From assembly GCA_964630635.1 (NCBI GenBank), contig CAZVVM010000002.1, positions 1 through 49,776 of the forward strand: a stretch of DNA of 49,776 nucleotides, read 5' to 3'. Under the pieces are notes generated by a model. The model was not told the origin of the DNA. It was given only the letters and a program-made list of their open reading frames with translations, and did no database searches. Shown piece after piece: positions 16,182 through 25,648 of this stretch. Source of the stretch: an uncultured Ruminococcus sp. (lineage in GTDB: Bacteria > Bacillota > Clostridia > Oscillospirales > CAG-272). How positions within the stretch are numbered: the first letter of the stretch is position 1; each line of letters begins with the position of its first letter. Made by a program: the position numbers and the translations under genes.

Positions 16182-17900
16182 ATGAAAAAAATACTTGCGG
16201 TAATGCTCTCGCTTTTGGCAGTTCTTCCGATGCTTGCGGGCTGTGCAAAAGACGTTGATAACAAAAAAAGCGGACCGACTATTCCCGTATATATCTCGGG
16301 CGAGGTAACGAACCTTGACCCTGCGTACGGAAATCTTGATCAGACCTCGCTGAAGATAATGTCTCTTATCTACGAGGGACTTTTCAAGTACGACTCTAAC
16401 GGCAAGGTCGTTAAGGCACAGGCGAAGTCGGTAAAGGTTCTTGATAAGCCGAGCAAGAATTACTACGCAATCGAAATTACTCTTAAAAACACGGGCTGGT
16501 CCGACGGTATTCCGGTACAGGCGGCGGATTATATCTACGCTTGGAAGCGTATTCTTGAGTCCGATTTCAGAGGCGAAGCGGCAAATATGCTCTTCTGCAT
16601 CAAGAACGCAAGAAAGGTTCACGACGGCGACGCTACTATCGACGACCTCGGTGTTACCGACGTTTCGTCGAAGGTTATACGCATTGAATTTGAGGGTCCG
16701 ACGGACTATAAGCAGTTCTATGAGTACCTCGCAAGTCCGATGCTCGTTCCGCTTCGTGAGTTCTTGGTAGGACGTCACGAAAACTGGTCCTCGAATACGA
16801 TAACCATGGTATCTAACGGCCCGTACGCTGTCCGTGCATACACTCCCGGAGAGTCTATGTCTCTTCAGGCAAACGCAAATTATCACGGCAAGGTAAAGGC
16901 GTTCCGTCTTAACATTACCTTTGCTACTACAAAGACTCTCGACGACGCAGCGGTTCTTAAGCGTTTCGAGGACGGCGAGATCGTCTTTGACGGCGAGATA
17001 CCGCTGAATAAGAGAGCAGAGCTTCTTAAAGCAAAGAAGGTTACCGTGAAGGACACTATGTCCGTTCTCTCCTGCATTTTCAATACCAAAACAGAGCTTC
17101 TTTCCGATTCCGACGTAAGACGCGCTCTTTCGCTCGCGGTCGACAGAGAAAAGATAGTCGATATTCTCACCTTTGCAAAGCCCGCAAAGGGACTTATAGC
17201 AGAGGGCGTGTTTAATACCTCTAACGGCAAGAATAAGGCATCCTTCCGCGATAAGGGTGAGGATCTGCTGAGCTCAACGGCAGAGCTTTCCGAAGCGCAG
17301 GCGCTTCTATCGGGCAAAGAGCTTGGCGAGCTTAACCTCGTCGTCCATGATGACGAGGCGGATATTGCCGTCGGAGAATATCTCAAGACTGTATGGGAAA
17401 AGCTCGGCTTCACCGTCAATCTGACCGCTCTCGGAAGCGTTGAGGATATCGGCGAGAACGAGACGGTATATATGAACGACCTGTACCTTGATGCGTACGA
17501 AAGCAGAAGCTTCGACGTTATCCTCGTCGACTATATGATGCTCTCAACCGATGCGTTCGCTAACCTCGCATCCTTTGCGGTTCCTTTCGCAGGCGGCGCA
17601 ATGGATATGACGACCGGCGAATACGCTCTTGAGCCGCACATCAGCGGTTATTCCAATCCCGAATACGACGCTCTTATCGAGCAGGCGTACGCCGAGAAGA
17701 ACGCGACCAAGAGAGCAACTCTGCTCCATCAGGCAGAGGCGATGCTTATGAACGATATGCCGATAATGCCTCTCGTTGAGCTTCAGAGCGGCTATCTTGT
17801 AGGCAAGGATCTCAAGGGCGTCAAGGTGAACTACTACGGTATGCCCGACTTTACGGGCGCAACCCTTAAGAACGCGAGCAAGTATCAGATAGGACAGTAA
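16182..17900 (+). CDS. ABC transporter substrate-binding lipoprotein (family 5, peptide/nickel type)
   Basis: Lipobox LPMLAGC. The length and the motifs (YEGLFKYD, NPEYDALIEQA) are typical of SBP family 5. No permease or ATPase genes are adjacent. Confidence 0.8.
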   Translation: MKKILAVMLSLLAVLPMLAGCAKDVDNKKSGPTIPVYISGEVTNLDPAYGNLDQTSLKIMSLIYEGLFKYDSNGKVVKAQAKSVKVLDKPSKNYYAIEITLKNTGWSDGIPVQAADYIYAWKRILESDFRGEAANMLFCIKNARKVHDGDATIDDLGVTDVSSKVIRIEFEGPTDYKQFYEYLASPMLVPLREFLVGRHENWSSNTITMVSNGPYAVRAYTPGESMSLQANANYHGKVKAFRLNITFATTKTLDDAAVLKRFEDGEIVFDGEIPLNKRAELLKAKKVTVKDTMSVLSCIFNTKTELLSDSDVRRALSLAVDREKIVDILTFAKPAKGLIAEGVFNTSNGKNKASFRDKGEDLLSSTAELSEAQALLSGKELGELNLVVHDDEADIAVGEYLKTVWEKLGFTVNLTALGSVEDIGENETVYMNDLYLDAYESRSFDVILVDYMMLSTDAFANLASFAVPFAGGAMDMTTGEYALEPHISGYSNPEYDALIEQAYAEKNATKRATLLHQAEAMLMNDMPIMPLVELQSGYLVGKDLKGVKVNYYGMPDFTGATLKNASKYQIGQ

Positions 17901-17910
17901 TAAATATTAT

Positions 17911-17939
17911 TCGGGGAAATCCGCAAAGGGTTTCCCCGA
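17911..17939 (+). terminator. possible terminator hairpin
   Basis: tcggggaaa ... tttccccga hairpin directly after the stop. The T-run is weak. Confidence 0.35.
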
Positions 17940-17975
17940 AATTATCGTGAATAACGAAAATTAAGGAAAAGTGAA

Positions 17976-18527
17976 ATGCAAAGCCAGCTACGCGACAAAA
18001 ACGATATAAAAATTTTTATATTGCATCTTTTGCGCCATATAAGCTATCCGCTCGACTTCGTCAGTATAAACGACATAGTCGTACAGGATGGCTTTGTCGG
18101 CTATTTCGATTTTGTCGAGTGCTTTGCGGAGTTGCTTGAAACGGGAAACGTGCTGGAGCTTCCCGTCGGTGAAGCGGGCGAAGAGCTTTACGAGATAACG
18201 CCGCAGGGCGCTATCGTTGCCGAAACGCTCGACAGCCGTATTCTTCCCTCGATAAGAGAAAAGAGCTTGAAGAGCGCCTTGCGCTTCCTCTCGTTCCGTG
18301 AACGGGGAGCAAAGGTGAAGTTTGATTTTGAACCGCTCCCGAACGGGCGCTTTATTGCGAAGTGCATTATTACCGAAAAGGACAAGGAGCTGCTGAACGT
18401 CGAGGTTGCCGTTGAGAGCAGCACGCAGCTTGAAAGAATAAGGCGTAATTTTTACGATAAGCCCGAGGTCGTTTACCGCGGAATTATGGCGGTTTTGACG
18501 GGCGAAGTCAATTATCTTATCGAATAA
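17976..18527 (+). CDS. DUF4364-like putative regulator
   Basis: The N-terminal KIFILHLLRHISYPLDF...YFDFVECFAELLETGNV pattern resembles DUF4364 family proteins. This is motif-level only. Confidence 0.5.
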   Translation: MQSQLRDKNDIKIFILHLLRHISYPLDFVSINDIVVQDGFVGYFDFVECFAELLETGNVLELPVGEAGEELYEITPQGAIVAETLDSRILPSIREKSLKSALRFLSFRERGAKVKFDFEPLPNGRFIAKCIITEKDKELLNVEVAVESSTQLERIRRNFYDKPEVVYRGIMAVLTGEVNYLIE

Positions 18528-18556
18528 AGAGGGAGTTTTCCCTCTTTTGTTTTTTA
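18527..18556 (+). terminator. Rho-independent terminator
   Basis: Stem aagaggga / tccctctt with a gttt loop, followed by tgtttttt. Confidence 0.65.
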
Positions 18557-18689
18557 TTTGTGAATGCCAATCGACATAATTTAGTTAATTTCAACATAAA
18601 TTTCCGTGATTATGATGAAAAAATCTCGGTTTTTTATGTTTATTATTAACAAAATCGAAAAAATAATTAAAAAATTTGTGAAATCTGTA

Positions 18690-18717
18690 TTGACAAACTG
18701 TTGATTAGTGGTATAAT
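18690..18717 (+). promoter_or_regulatory. sigma-A-type promoter
   Basis: TTGACA, a 16-nt spacer, then TGgTATAAT (extended -10). Confidence 0.6.
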
Positions 18718-18744
18718 TATTGTAACCATTGTCGGAGGAGTACG

Positions 18745-19284
18745 TTGTTTTCCGAACTCATTATTGCAGCAAAAAACGGCGATGAAGGCGCGTTCTCGGA
18801 GCTTTGTGAAAAATACAAGCCGCTGATTGAGAATATGACCGACAGATACATTACGCGTCTGAATGCTATCATCCAAGACAAGGACGACCTGCGCCAGGAG
18901 GCGACGGTTGCCTTTTATCGCGCCGTGACGACCTACGATATGAGTCAGGACAAGGTGTCCTTCGGGCTTTATGCAAAGATCTGCATAAAGAACAGAATGG
19001 TTACGCTTATACGCCGCGCAAACAAAAAATCGTCGCCCAAGACCGTTGCTTCTTCCGAAAAAGAGGGGAAGCGGATAGGTGACCGCGTTTTCGATTTCGG
19101 TGAGCTTCTTGCCGTTTCCGAGCGCGTTTTGAGCAAAAGGGAAATGTCGGTATTCTCCCTCTACGTCGGCGGAAAAACGTATAAGGAAATATCCGAGCTT
19201 CTTAACGCATCCGAGAAGTCGGTCGATAACGCGCTTTTCCGCGCGAAGTCGAAAATAAAGAGATACTACTCCAATATGCCCTGA
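18745..19284 (+). CDS. sigma-70 family RNA polymerase sigma factor (small, group 3/4-like)
   Basis: TTG start with a GGAGGAG RBS. Region 2 (FSELCEKYKPLIENMTDRY...DLRQEATVAFYRAV) and a region 4 HTH (KTYKEISELLNASEKSVDNALFRAKSKI) are present. Confidence 0.8.
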   Translation: MFSELIIAAKNGDEGAFSELCEKYKPLIENMTDRYITRLNAIIQDKDDLRQEATVAFYRAVTTYDMSQDKVSFGLYAKICIKNRMVTLIRRANKKSSPKTVASSEKEGKRIGDRVFDFGELLAVSERVLSKREMSVFSLYVGGKTYKEISELLNASEKSVDNALFRAKSKIKRYYSNMP

Positions 19285-19394
19285 TAGCTTAAGTAAAGCG
19301 TTGTATCAATTTTGAATTTGATTTTGATGTAAAGATGGCGGTGACACCCCGTCGGAGGGCAAAAATTTTTACCACATTAAAGCGAGGTAGCAAA

Positions 19395-19670
19395 ATGTAC
19401 GAAGACAAGACTCTTAAGTGTAAAGACTGCGGAAACGATTTCGTTTTCACCGCAGGCGAGCAGGAGTTCTATGCAGAGCGCGGTTTCCAGAACGAGCCGC
19501 AGAGATGCAAGCCCTGCCGTGATGCACGAAAGAATGCCGGTCAGGCAAGAAAGGAATTCTTCACTGCTGTTTGCGCAAACTGCGGCGGCGAAGCAAAAGT
19601 TCCGTTCGAGCCCAAGAACGACAGACCCGTATACTGCAGCGAGTGCTACGCTGCTATGAAGCAGCAGTAA
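19395..19670 (+). CDS. zinc-ribbon (CxxC...CxxC) domain protein
   Basis: KCKDCGNDFVFTAGEQEFYAERGFQNEPQRCKPCR plus CANCGG...YCSECY. The first part is the zf-trcl-like probable zinc-ribbon pattern. GAGGTAG RBS. Confidence 0.75.
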   Translation: MYEDKTLKCKDCGNDFVFTAGEQEFYAERGFQNEPQRCKPCRDARKNAGQARKEFFTAVCANCGGEAKVPFEPKNDRPVYCSECYAAMKQQ

Positions 19671-19712
19671 TTGCCTTTTTCCGGGTGTCCCGAAAACTAT
19701 GCTTTTCAAGAC

Positions 19713-19746
19713 AGAATCCGACTTCGGTCGGATTTTCTCTTTTCTA
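19713..19746 (+). terminator. Rho-independent terminator
   Basis: Stem gaatccgac / gtcggattt with a ttcg loop, followed by a T-rich run. Confidence 0.6.
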
Positions 19747-19775
19747 TTGCATTTTTTGAAAAAATGGTATATAAT
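19747..19775 (+). promoter_or_regulatory. sigma-A-type promoter
   Basis: TTGCAT, a 17-nt spacer, then TATAAT. Confidence 0.5.
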
Positions 19776-19820
19776 GTTGTGGTAGCCCCTTTGGGCAATA
19801 TTGAAAGGTTTGTTTTTTAA

Positions 19821-20627
19821 ATGGGTAAAAGAAACAGAAACAGAAATCTCGGTCCCGTGCTCATTTCCTTTACGGCGATTTTCTCCGTTATCGGAATGAT
19901 ATTTGAGACCTGCGCAATACTTTTCGGATACGACGCAAATATGCGCGTTTTTAAGCTTGGCAGTAAGATCGCCCCCGCATCGGTCGCCGCGCTCTTCATT
20001 CTTTCGATTGCGGCGGTGTCGCTTGCGATATGCGTCGGCAAGCTCGGTAAGATGAGAACGAAAGCGTCGAACAGCGGTCTAAGTGATATCGTTTCGTCGG
20101 TCGGCGGCTTTGCAATGGCGGCTTCATCGGTTATGTTCCTCGTTGAATCGTGGAAGGAAACGGGTCCGCTCAAGCTCTTTACCGTTATTCTCGTTTTGCT
20201 CTCGGTACCTACGGCGCTGTATTTCTTCCTCGGAACGGATAAGAATGACCGTTTTACGACCGTCCTTTCGTTTTTTCCGCCGATATGGAACGCGGTGTGC
20301 CTTGTCCGCCTTTACTTTGACTCTGAAACCGCGATAAACGACCCTGTCAGAATACTTCTTCAGGTTACTCTCGTTTCGGTTATGCTCGCGCTTATGTACG
20401 AGCTTAAGCTTCGCGTAAAGGAAACGGGAAAGTTAATGTTTACCGTGACCGTGCCGCTTGCGACGGTTCTTTCCTGCGCGTCGTTTATGTCGGTGATCCT
20501 TCTTTTCGTTATCGTTAGGGTCGGAAGCATAGCGAACGTGCTTCTTTCCGCGGGATCGCTTCTTATGTCGCTTTATCTTCTTATGCGCCTTAACGGATAT
20601 TACAAAATGATGAAAGAAAGAGACTAA
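19821..20627 (+). CDS. polytopic membrane protein, unknown function
   Basis: 268 aa with about 8 hydrophobic helices and no recognisable motif. Confidence 0.6.
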   Translation: MGKRNRNRNLGPVLISFTAIFSVIGMIFETCAILFGYDANMRVFKLGSKIAPASVAALFILSIAAVSLAICVGKLGKMRTKASNSGLSDIVSSVGGFAMAASSVMFLVESWKETGPLKLFTVILVLLSVPTALYFFLGTDKNDRFTTVLSFFPPIWNAVCLVRLYFDSETAINDPVRILLQVTLVSVMLALMYELKLRVKETGKLMFTVTVPLATVLSCASFMSVILLFVIVRVGSIANVLLSAGSLLMSLYLLMRLNGYYKMMKERD

Positions 20628-20630
20628 TAT

Positions 20631-20659
20631 AAAAATCCACCCGTTCGGGTGGATTTTTT
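20631..20659. terminator. bidirectional Rho-independent terminator
   Basis: Stem aaaaatccaccc / gggtggattttt with a gttc loop, between convergent genes. Confidence 0.75.
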
Positions 20660-20666
20660 ACTGTAA

Positions 20667-21647
20667 CTATCCCGTTTTGTTTTCCTTGCGCCATTTTGAC
20701 GGAGATATTCCGTAGCGTTCACGGAAACGGCGGTGGAAGAAGCTGTTGTTATCGTAGCCGACGGCTTCTGCAATTTCGGTTATCGGCAGGTCGGAATGGA
20801 GCAGAAGCTGCTCGGCTTCCGAAAAACGGCGTTCGCTGACGAGGTCGGTGAAGGTGGCGCCGTAAAGCTCCTTTATGCGCTTGCTGACGTACGGTTCGGA
20901 CATTTTGAGTATTGATGCAAGCTCCGAAAGGGAAGCGGTTTTATAAAAGCTCTGGATATACGCGCCGATTTTTGCTCTTATAGGATTCCGTTCAAGGTTA
21001 CCCGACGAGGAATGAAGGAGCATTTCGGGCTTCGCTTCGAAATGACGCAGAAGCAAGGAGAGCGTTTCGCGGAGTATGCCCTTCGGCGTGTCGTTTTCGA
21101 ACAAGCTTTGGCAGATAAGATTATCAATTAGTGCTTCGGCGTAGGGATTGCTCGCAAAGTCGTATATCAGGAAGCGTCCCTCTCCGTTTTCGTTTTCCTC
21201 CTGCTCGGCAAAATCACGGAGCGACGGGTCGCCTCTGAATCGCGCGGCGGCGATGCCGACGTAGTCGGACGAGACTATCAGGTTTACGGCTATATCGTTT
21301 TCGCCCGATGCTTTTATTGCGTGCGAGAGATGTCGGTTCATCATAATGAGCTGACCTTCCTTGATATCAAAGGTCTTGCCGTTTATTATATGACGTATCC
21401 CGCCGCGCATCACGCACATTATTTCAATGTAATTGTGCGAATGTACGGGGAAATCGACGAATCTCGTATGCGGGCGCGCGGAGATGGTTTTTGAAAGGTC
21501 AATTACGTTATAAATATAGTTGCGTTGGCGGAGCGGCATATTCGCAAACGCCGCTTCTGCGTCGGACGCCAAGCTGTAATCCTTTGAAAGGACCGACATC
21601 TCGTTTTCGCTTATGGCGGAGAGACGGTTTATGATGCTGTCTTTCAT
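20667..21647 (-). CDS. AraC-family transcriptional regulator (cupin sensor plus HTH), probable rhamnose regulator
   Basis: N-terminal cupin (HSHNYIEIMCVMRG). The C-terminal AraC HTH pair is LSELASILKMSEPYVSKRIKE and ITEIAEAVGYDNNSFFHRRFRERYGISP. The gene is divergent from rhaBA. Confidence 0.85.
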   Translation of the reverse strand: MKDSIINRLSAISENEMSVLSKDYSLASDAEAAFANMPLRQRNYIYNVIDLSKTISARPHTRFVDFPVHSHNYIEIMCVMRGGIRHIINGKTFDIKEGQLIMMNRHLSHAIKASGENDIAVNLIVSSDYVGIAAARFRGDPSLRDFAEQEENENGEGRFLIYDFASNPYAEALIDNLICQSLFENDTPKGILRETLSLLLRHFEAKPEMLLHSSSGNLERNPIRAKIGAYIQSFYKTASLSELASILKMSEPYVSKRIKELYGATFTDLVSERRFSEAEQLLLHSDLPITEIAEAVGYDNNSFFHRRFRERYGISPSKWRKENKTG

Positions 21648-21819
21648 TTTTACCTCGATTTCGGCTGAAAATTTAAGTTCAAATCAATTTTAACACACAG
21701 ATTGACGGTTTTCAAGGATAAATGTTAAAAAAGAACGCAAAAAGAGGTTAAAATATGCTCTTTTATATTATTTTCAATGTGATATACTTAAAATGTATAT
21801 TTATGTTTTTGGAGGAGTT

Positions 21820-23211
21820 ATGTATTATCTTGCAATAGACATCGGTGCGTCGAGCGGACGTCACATTATCGGAACTTATGAAAACGGCAAAATAGTTACC
21901 GAGGAGATGTACCGTTTCCCGAACGGAATGAAAAAGAACGAAAACGGCACTCTCGTATGGGACACTGTGTCCCTTTTCCACCATATAAAGGAAGGTATTG
22001 CTGCCTGCGTTAAGAAAGGAAAAAGCCCCGATTTTATAGGTATAGATACCTGGGGCGTTGACTTTGTTCTTCTTGATAAGGACGGAAAGCTTATAGGCGA
22101 CGCTGTCGGTTACCGCGACAAGCGTACCGACGGAATGGATACCGAGCTTTATAAGACCATTCCCGAAAAGGAGCTTTACGCCCGTACGGGAATACAGAAG
22201 GCGATGCTTAATACTATATATCAGCTTCAGTATCTTAAATCGCACAAGCCCGAACAGCTTGAAAGCGCCGAAACCTTACTTATGATGCCCGATTATCTTG
22301 CGTATCTGCTCACGGGCGTTGCCTGCTCGGAGTATACGATCGCAACGACGGGTCAGCTTGTAAAGGTTGGCGAAAGCGATTGGGACTATGAGCTTATCGA
22401 GCAGATCGGACTTCCGACAAAAATATTCCGTACGCTGAAGATGCCCGGACATATCGTCGGCGAGCTTTCGGACAAGGTTAAAGAAGAAACCGGCGCGTCG
22501 AGCGCCAAGGTCATCTTCCCGCCCACGCACGATACCGCGTCTGCGGTTGCGGCAGTTCCGACCAACGAAGAGGACATAATCTACATAAGCTCGGGAACTT
22601 GGTCGCTTATCGGTGTGGAGAGAAATCAGCCCGATGCCTCGGAACGCAGTATGAAGCATAATTTCACGAACGAGGGCGGTATCTTCAAGCGCTACCGTTA
22701 TCTCAAAAACATAACGGGTCTTTGGATGATACAGTCGATGAAAAAGGAGCTGGGCGGGGGATATACCTTCGATATGCTTTGCGATATGGCAAAGGAATAC
22801 GACAGCACACCTCTGCGTATCGATCCTAACGACGCGCGCTTTACCGCGCCCGACAGCATGATCGAGGAGGTCAAGAATGCTCTCGGCAAGCCCGAGCTTT
22901 CTATCGGTGAGATGTTCTCGGTCGTTTATCACAGTCTTGCAGACGCATATAAAAAGGCGTCCGACGAGCTTGAAGAGCTGCTCGGCCGCGAAATGAAGGC
23001 AATACACATCGTCGGCGGCGGAAGCAAGGACGAGTATCTTTGCGAGCTTACCGCACAGGCGACGGGCAAGACCGTTTACGCAGGTCCGTCCGAGGCAACG
23101 GCTATCGGAAATCTTATTTCTCAAATGCTGGCGACGGGTGTTTTCAAGACTCTGCCCGAGGCGCGGAATGCTGTGTATAACAGCTTTAACGTCAGGAGAA
23201 TAACACTATGA
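21820..23211 (+). CDS. rhaB: rhamnulokinase
   Basis: FGGY kinase N-terminus YYLAIDIGASSGRH and IHIVGGGSKDEYLCELTA. It lies in an operon with rhaA and rhaD. GGAGGAG RBS. Confidence 0.9.
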   Translation: MYYLAIDIGASSGRHIIGTYENGKIVTEEMYRFPNGMKKNENGTLVWDTVSLFHHIKEGIAACVKKGKSPDFIGIDTWGVDFVLLDKDGKLIGDAVGYRDKRTDGMDTELYKTIPEKELYARTGIQKAMLNTIYQLQYLKSHKPEQLESAETLLMMPDYLAYLLTGVACSEYTIATTGQLVKVGESDWDYELIEQIGLPTKIFRTLKMPGHIVGELSDKVKEETGASSAKVIFPPTHDTASAVAAVPTNEEDIIYISSGTWSLIGVERNQPDASERSMKHNFTNEGGIFKRYRYLKNITGLWMIQSMKKELGGGYTFDMLCDMAKEYDSTPLRIDPNDARFTAPDSMIEEVKNALGKPELSIGEMFSVVYHSLADAYKKASDELEELLGREMKAIHIVGGGSKDEYLCELTAQATGKTVYAGPSEATAIGNLISQMLATGVFKTLPEARNAVYNSFNVRRITL

Positions 23212-24455
23212 ACGCAATTTACGAAGAGGCAAAAAAACGCTACGCGGAATTCGGAATTGACACCGAAAAGGTGATGAGCGACCTTGCCAAAGCCGAGATA
23301 TCGGTTCACTGCTGGCAGGGAGACGACGTCGGCGGCTTTGACAGCCCCGATGCGCTTTCGGGCGGAATTCAGGCGACGGGAAATTATCCCGGAAAGGCAA
23401 GGACGCCCGATGAGCTGATGGCGGATATCGACAAGGCGCTTTCCCTCGTCCCCGGCGCACACAAGCTCAATCTTCACGCGTGTTACGCGATATTTGAGGA
23501 CGGAGAATTTGCCGACAGAGACGCGCTCGAGCCGAAGCACTTCAAGAAATGGGTCGATTTTGCAAACGAAAGAGGTCTCGGTATCGACTTTAATCCGACC
23601 TTCTTCTCACATCCGAAGGCATCTGAATTTACCCTTTCCTCGCCTGACGAGGAGATAAGAAAATTCTGGGTGCGCCACGGTATTGCGTGTATCAGAATTG
23701 CAGAATATTTTGCCGAAATGACGGGCAAGGTGTCCGTTATGAACATCTGGATCCCCGACGGCTACAAGGATATTCCCGCCGATAGGATAGGTCCGCGTGC
23801 GCGCTTCAAGAAGTCGCTTGACGAGATGATCGGATGCGGTTACGATAAGGAAAAGGTCTACGTTTGTCTTGAAAGCAAGGTGTTCGGTATCGGTCTTGAA
23901 TCGTATACCGTCGGAAGCGCCGAATTTACGCTCGGTTACGCGCAGGCAAAGGGCCTGGTGCCGCTTATGGATAACGGTCACTATCACCCGACCGAGGTCG
24001 TATCCGATAAAATTTCCTCGCTTCTTTTGCTCAATCCCAAGCTCGCTCTCCATATAACGAGAAGCGTTCGCTGGGACTCCGATCACGTCGTCCGTTACGA
24101 TGACGAAACGAAGGAGATCGCAAAGGAGATAGTCGCAAGCGGAAGAATGAACGACATCGCTATGGCGCTCGATTTCTTCGACGCGTCGATCAACCGCATC
24201 GCCGCGTGGGTCATCGGTATCAGATCGTTCCGCAAGGCGCTCCTCAATGCTATGCTGACGCCGAACGAAATGTTTACCGAGCTTCAGAACAGAGGCGAAA
24301 TGACGAAGCTTATGGCGCTTCAGGAAGAAATGAAGATGCTCCCTGTCGGCGCCGTCTGGGAAGAATTCTGTGTCAGAAACGGAGTTGCGGGCGATATGTC
24401 CTGGCTTGACGAGGTCGAAAAATACGAAAACGAGGTTTTGGCAAAGAGAGTATGA
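23208..24455 (+). CDS. rhaA: L-rhamnose isomerase
   Basis: 415 aa with RhaA-like sequence (HCWQGDDVGGF, NLHAxY, MDNGHYHPTE). The start overlaps the rhaB stop (ATGA). Confidence 0.92.
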   Translation: MNAIYEEAKKRYAEFGIDTEKVMSDLAKAEISVHCWQGDDVGGFDSPDALSGGIQATGNYPGKARTPDELMADIDKALSLVPGAHKLNLHACYAIFEDGEFADRDALEPKHFKKWVDFANERGLGIDFNPTFFSHPKASEFTLSSPDEEIRKFWVRHGIACIRIAEYFAEMTGKVSVMNIWIPDGYKDIPADRIGPRARFKKSLDEMIGCGYDKEKVYVCLESKVFGIGLESYTVGSAEFTLGYAQAKGLVPLMDNGHYHPTEVVSDKISSLLLLNPKLALHITRSVRWDSDHVVRYDDETKEIAKEIVASGRMNDIAMALDFFDASINRIAAWVIGIRSFRKALLNAMLTPNEMFTELQNRGEMTKLMALQEEMKMLPVGAVWEEFCVRNGVAGDMSWLDEVEKYENEVLAKRV

Positions 24456-24480
24456 GCTCTTGGCAGTATAAATTACGGAT

Positions 24481-25629
24481 ATGAAAATAGAAGAACTCAA
24501 ACAGTATGACGGGACGTTTGAACCCGTAAAGGAAAGCCCCTATATAAACAATCACATTCACACAAGTCATTCCTTTTCGCCCTATACCCCCGCGCAGGCG
24601 GTCTATACCGCTTACAAGAGCGGTCTTGCAACTGCGGGTATCGTTGACCACGATACGACGGCAGGCGCAAGAGAGTTTCTATATGCGGGCAAAAGGATAG
24701 GAATGCCCGTAACCGTCGGAGCGGAATGCCGTATAGATATGTCGGAGACCGCCCTCGGCGGAAAGCGCTTCAACAATCCCGACCAGAAGTCGGTCGCGTA
24801 CGTCGTAATGCACGGTATTCCTCACAGCAATATCGAGAAGGTCGACGCTTTCCTTGCCCCTTACCGCGAAAAGAGAAATCTTCGCAATAAAAAGATGATA
24901 GAGAATATAAATGCTCTCGTTTCCCCCTTCGGTATGGCACTTGATTTTGACAGGGACGTTATCCCGCTGTCCACTACCGCGGTCACCGAACGCCACCTTC
25001 TTTTCGCTCTTGCGAAGAAGATAACGGGTAGGTATACCGAGCCGACCGACGTTGTGTCGTTTATGCGCGATACTATGGGAATTTCCGTCAGCGGAAAGAA
25101 CGAGGAGAATATTCTTAACGGAAAAGCGACGCCTGCATATTACGAATACGATATTCTCGGAGTGCTCAAGGGCAATCTCGTTGAGAAGATATACGTTGAC
25201 GCCGACGCCGAGCTTCCCAAGGTGAAGGATTATATTGATATGGTCAAGCGCTACGGCGGAATTGCGGCATACGCGTATCTCGGCGACGTCGGAAATTCCG
25301 TTACGGGCGATAAGAAGACTCAAAAATTCGAGGACGATTATCTCGACGAGCTTTTTGACGTCGTGGAAAACTACGGCTTCGACGCCGTTACCTTTATGCC
25401 GACGAGAAACACGGAGGCACAGCTTGACAGAGTAATGAAGCTCTGCAAGGAAAGAGGACTGTTCCAGATCAGCGGAGAGGACATCAATTCTCCCCGTCAA
25501 AAGTTCGTATGTCCTGCGTATGAGAACCCCAAGTTCGCTCATCTTGTAGATGCCGCCCATACTCTTATCGAATATGAAAGCCTTGCCGATACCGATCTTT
25601 CGGCGGCAAGAAAGCTGATCGGTAAGTGA
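24481..25629 (+). CDS. PHP-domain metal-dependent phosphoesterase
   Basis: N-terminal PHP motif NNHIHTSHSFSPY...GIVDHDT. It is embedded between rhaA and rhaD. Confidence 0.7.
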   Translation: MKIEELKQYDGTFEPVKESPYINNHIHTSHSFSPYTPAQAVYTAYKSGLATAGIVDHDTTAGAREFLYAGKRIGMPVTVGAECRIDMSETALGGKRFNNPDQKSVAYVVMHGIPHSNIEKVDAFLAPYREKRNLRNKKMIENINALVSPFGMALDFDRDVIPLSTTAVTERHLLFALAKKITGRYTEPTDVVSFMRDTMGISVSGKNEENILNGKATPAYYEYDILGVLKGNLVEKIYVDADAELPKVKDYIDMVKRYGGIAAYAYLGDVGNSVTGDKKTQKFEDDYLDELFDVVENYGFDAVTFMPTRNTEAQLDRVMKLCKERGLFQISGEDINSPRQKFVCPAYENPKFAHLVDAAHTLIEYESLADTDLSAARKLIGK

Positions 25630-25648
25630 TAAAGAGAGGTAATTTAAG

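Noticed and set aside
16182-17900. Orphan family-5 ABC substrate-binding protein as part of a novel system.
   Set aside because: Solitary SBP genes are common in Firmicutes and usually serve transporters encoded elsewhere. Nothing unusual is visible beyond the missing permease genes.
19395-19670. The zinc-ribbon protein downstream of the sigma factor as a zinc-binding anti-sigma factor.
   Set aside because: It has no HxxxCxxC ZAS motif and no TM segment. A ~110-nt gap separates it from the sigma gene. The sequence matches the widespread stand-alone CxxC zinc-ribbon family instead.
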